Assembly (NCBI GenBank): GCA_051532035.1
Contig: JAOPTW010000012.1
Span: 32,001 to 96,000 of the forward strand
From: Fibrobacterales bacterium
GTDB taxonomy: Bacteria; Fibrobacterota; Fibrobacteria; Fibrobacterales; JAOPTW01
Reading direction: 5' to 3'
Length of the DNA: 64,000 nt
A program made the position numbers and the translations under genes. The notes under the pieces were generated by a model. It had not been told where the DNA came from and searched no databases. It was given only the letters and a program-made list of their open reading frames with translations. This document shows, piece by piece, positions 62,225 through 64,000 of the stretch (position 1 is its first letter; every line of letters starts with the position of its first letter).

Positions 62225-63076
62225 ATGAAATTACCAAAACGCCTTGAAGGAATGGTCCGTGACGGACTGATTGACGAAGTAATCAAACCATTGACAAGCG
62301 GAAAAGAAGCCGATGTTTTTGTGGTATATTCTCAGGGTGAATATCGCTGTGCTAAAGTGTATAAAGATATCACAAAACGAAATTTCAAGAAGCAGGCAGG
62401 CTATCAAGAGGGCCGTAAGGTTCAGAATAGTCGTAAAGCCAGAGCAATGGAAAAACGTACTAAATTTGGTCGTAAAGAAATTGAAGCAGCTTGGCAGAAT
62501 GCAGAAGTTGATGCGCTGTTTAAAGTATCCGATGCGGGCGTCAATGTACCAGAGCCTTATATCTGTATGGATGGTGTGTTGTTAATGGAATTGATTGTTG
62601 GTGATGATGGCGATGTTGCACCACGTCTTCTTGATGTTTCACTCACTCAAGATGAGGCAATGGATTACTTCAGTAAATTGATTGTCGATGTACTCATCAT
62701 GCTGTGTGCAGGCATTGTACATGGCGACTTGTCTGAATACAATGTGCTTGTAGATGAAAATGGTCCAGTCATTATTGACTTTCCTCAGGCTGTTGATGCT
62801 GCCAGTAACAATAACGCAGGCGCCTATCTCATACGCGACCTCGATAATCTGAGAGACTTTTTTAGTCAGTACGCTCCATGCCTTAAGAAAACGGAATACG
62901 GGAGAGAGATGTGGTCCATATACAAAGCGGGCAATCTCACTCATGATACGATTTTGACGGGTACCTTTAAGCGCAGTAAAAAAGATATCAATGTTAATGC
63001 GGTTCTGGATGCTATTAATGAAGCGCGAGAAGAAGCTGAATATATGAAGGCACGAGCTGCGGCTCGATCTGCTTAA
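62225..63076 (+). CDS. RIO1-like protein kinase (PA4780-type)
   Basis: SGKEADV, CAKVYK, VHGDLSEYNVL, IIDFPQ. Confidence 0.9.
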   Translation: MKLPKRLEGMVRDGLIDEVIKPLTSGKEADVFVVYSQGEYRCAKVYKDITKRNFKKQAGYQEGRKVQNSRKARAMEKRTKFGRKEIEAAWQNAEVDALFKVSDAGVNVPEPYICMDGVLLMELIVGDDGDVAPRLLDVSLTQDEAMDYFSKLIVDVLIMLCAGIVHGDLSEYNVLVDENGPVIIDFPQAVDAASNNNAGAYLIRDLDNLRDFFSQYAPCLKKTEYGREMWSIYKAGNLTHDTILTGTFKRSKKDINVNAVLDAINEAREEAEYMKARAAARSA

Positions 63077-63229
63077 CAGTATTCGTATACAATTGTAAAT
63101 TTAAAGTAAATGCGGTAAGTAATGTGATGCCCATCACAGAAGTAAATATGGTGAAATACTAATTTGGCGGCTTACTGGTTAAGATCTAGCTAGTTACAAT
63201 ACATATCACTATTTTACTCTGAGGGCTCC

Positions 63230-64000
63230 ATGGTTAACATTTTATTTCTTCTACTTATCGCTATTCTATCGAGTTGTATTTTTGATTCTACTACAAGTGA
63301 GAGTGGGACAGTGTCAAATACTCCGACTGAATCGAGTTATTGGAGAGTGACCGTCATGGGAACTGGCGATGATGCCATGGTTCTTGATAGCTCTTTAGGT
63401 CTGCAAATCTATTTTTCCCTCACCAATGATCAAATAGTTTATATACAGAAGCAATATGATATTTATACCTTAGACTCTCTGGCAATTATACCGAATGATT
63501 CTGGGTATGCCTATTCAGATGGTTATACTGTCATATCAAATGTTGATCAAGAGCTGCATATGGTTGAACATGATACGGTTAATCAATCGATGGATGAGAT
63601 TAGAGCAGTTGCTCTTTCGGAGGCAGAATTTTCTCTGTATAAGGGTAAAAGACTGTATAACGATGAGGTATCTCTCAACAAAAATATTTATGACGCTATG
63701 CAATATTACTATTTGTGGTACGATTCTATTCCTGATGTTAATCCTGAAAACTTTACTACTCCATATGCTTTGGTAGAAAACATAACTGATAACCGTTTGG
63801 ATAAGTGGTCATTTTTGCTCACCCGTGAAGAGTATGATCAATATCAAGAAGGAGAGAGTTATGGGTACGGCTTTATTCCAGCCTATTCTGTAATGAAAGG
63901 AGTGGTGGTGCAGTTGGTTATTGAAGACACCGAAATATTTGCTGCAGGCGTACGACGCGGTGATGCGTTGACAATGATAAACGGTGAGAATGCCTTAAAT
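63230..64000 (+). CDS. S41-family peptidase-like lipoprotein with PDZ domain, N-terminal part (runs off window end; not in ORF track)
   Basis: Manual translation: MVNILFLLLIAILSSC...IYDAMQYYYLWYDSIP...DKWSFL...GYGF...AGVRRGD....ING; open to the window end. Confidence 0.75.
   Translation, partial: MVNILFLLLIAILSSCIFDSTTSESGTVSNTPTESSYWRVTVMGTGDDAMVLDSSLGLQIYFSLTNDQIVYIQKQYDIYTLDSLAIIPNDSGYAYSDGYTVISNVDQELHMVEHDTVNQSMDEIRAVALSEAEFSLYKGKRLYNDEVSLNKNIYDAMQYYYLWYDSIPDVNPENFTTPYALVENITDNRLDKWSFLLTREEYDQYQEGESYGYGFIPAYSVMKGVVVQLVIEDTEIFAAGVRRGDALTMINGENALN

Noticed and set aside
63495..63776. 93-aa ORF near the window end
   Set aside because: Out-of-frame shadow inside the S41-like gene starting at 63230

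Overview
Bacterial chromosomal window, probably Fibrobacterota (inferred from a TIGR02147-type gene, two FISUMP proteins and many Ser-linker lipoproteins). It opens with scpB-mutS (mutS partial), a Skp/OmpH gene and signalling genes, and is dominated by modular surface or secreted proteins (RCC1 propeller, Big_2, PA14-like, LamG, M60, S41, FISUMP). An AT-richer accessory block at about 16.9-28.0 kb holds: an uncharacterised helical protein with a possible pseudoknotted leader; a probably non-coding 41/42-bp tandem array; an HTH + PUA-like + KAP NTPase fusion followed by a TIR protein; a nonsense-inactivated IS3; an excisionase-like pseudogene; and a Menshen-like three-gene defence operon. A sigma-54 promoter with three palindromic boxes precedes an NtrY/NtrX-like operon at 55.4-59.4 kb. 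No rRNA, tRNA, CRISPR array, integrase or reverse transcriptase was recognised. All family calls come from motif recognition by eye; no searches were run.
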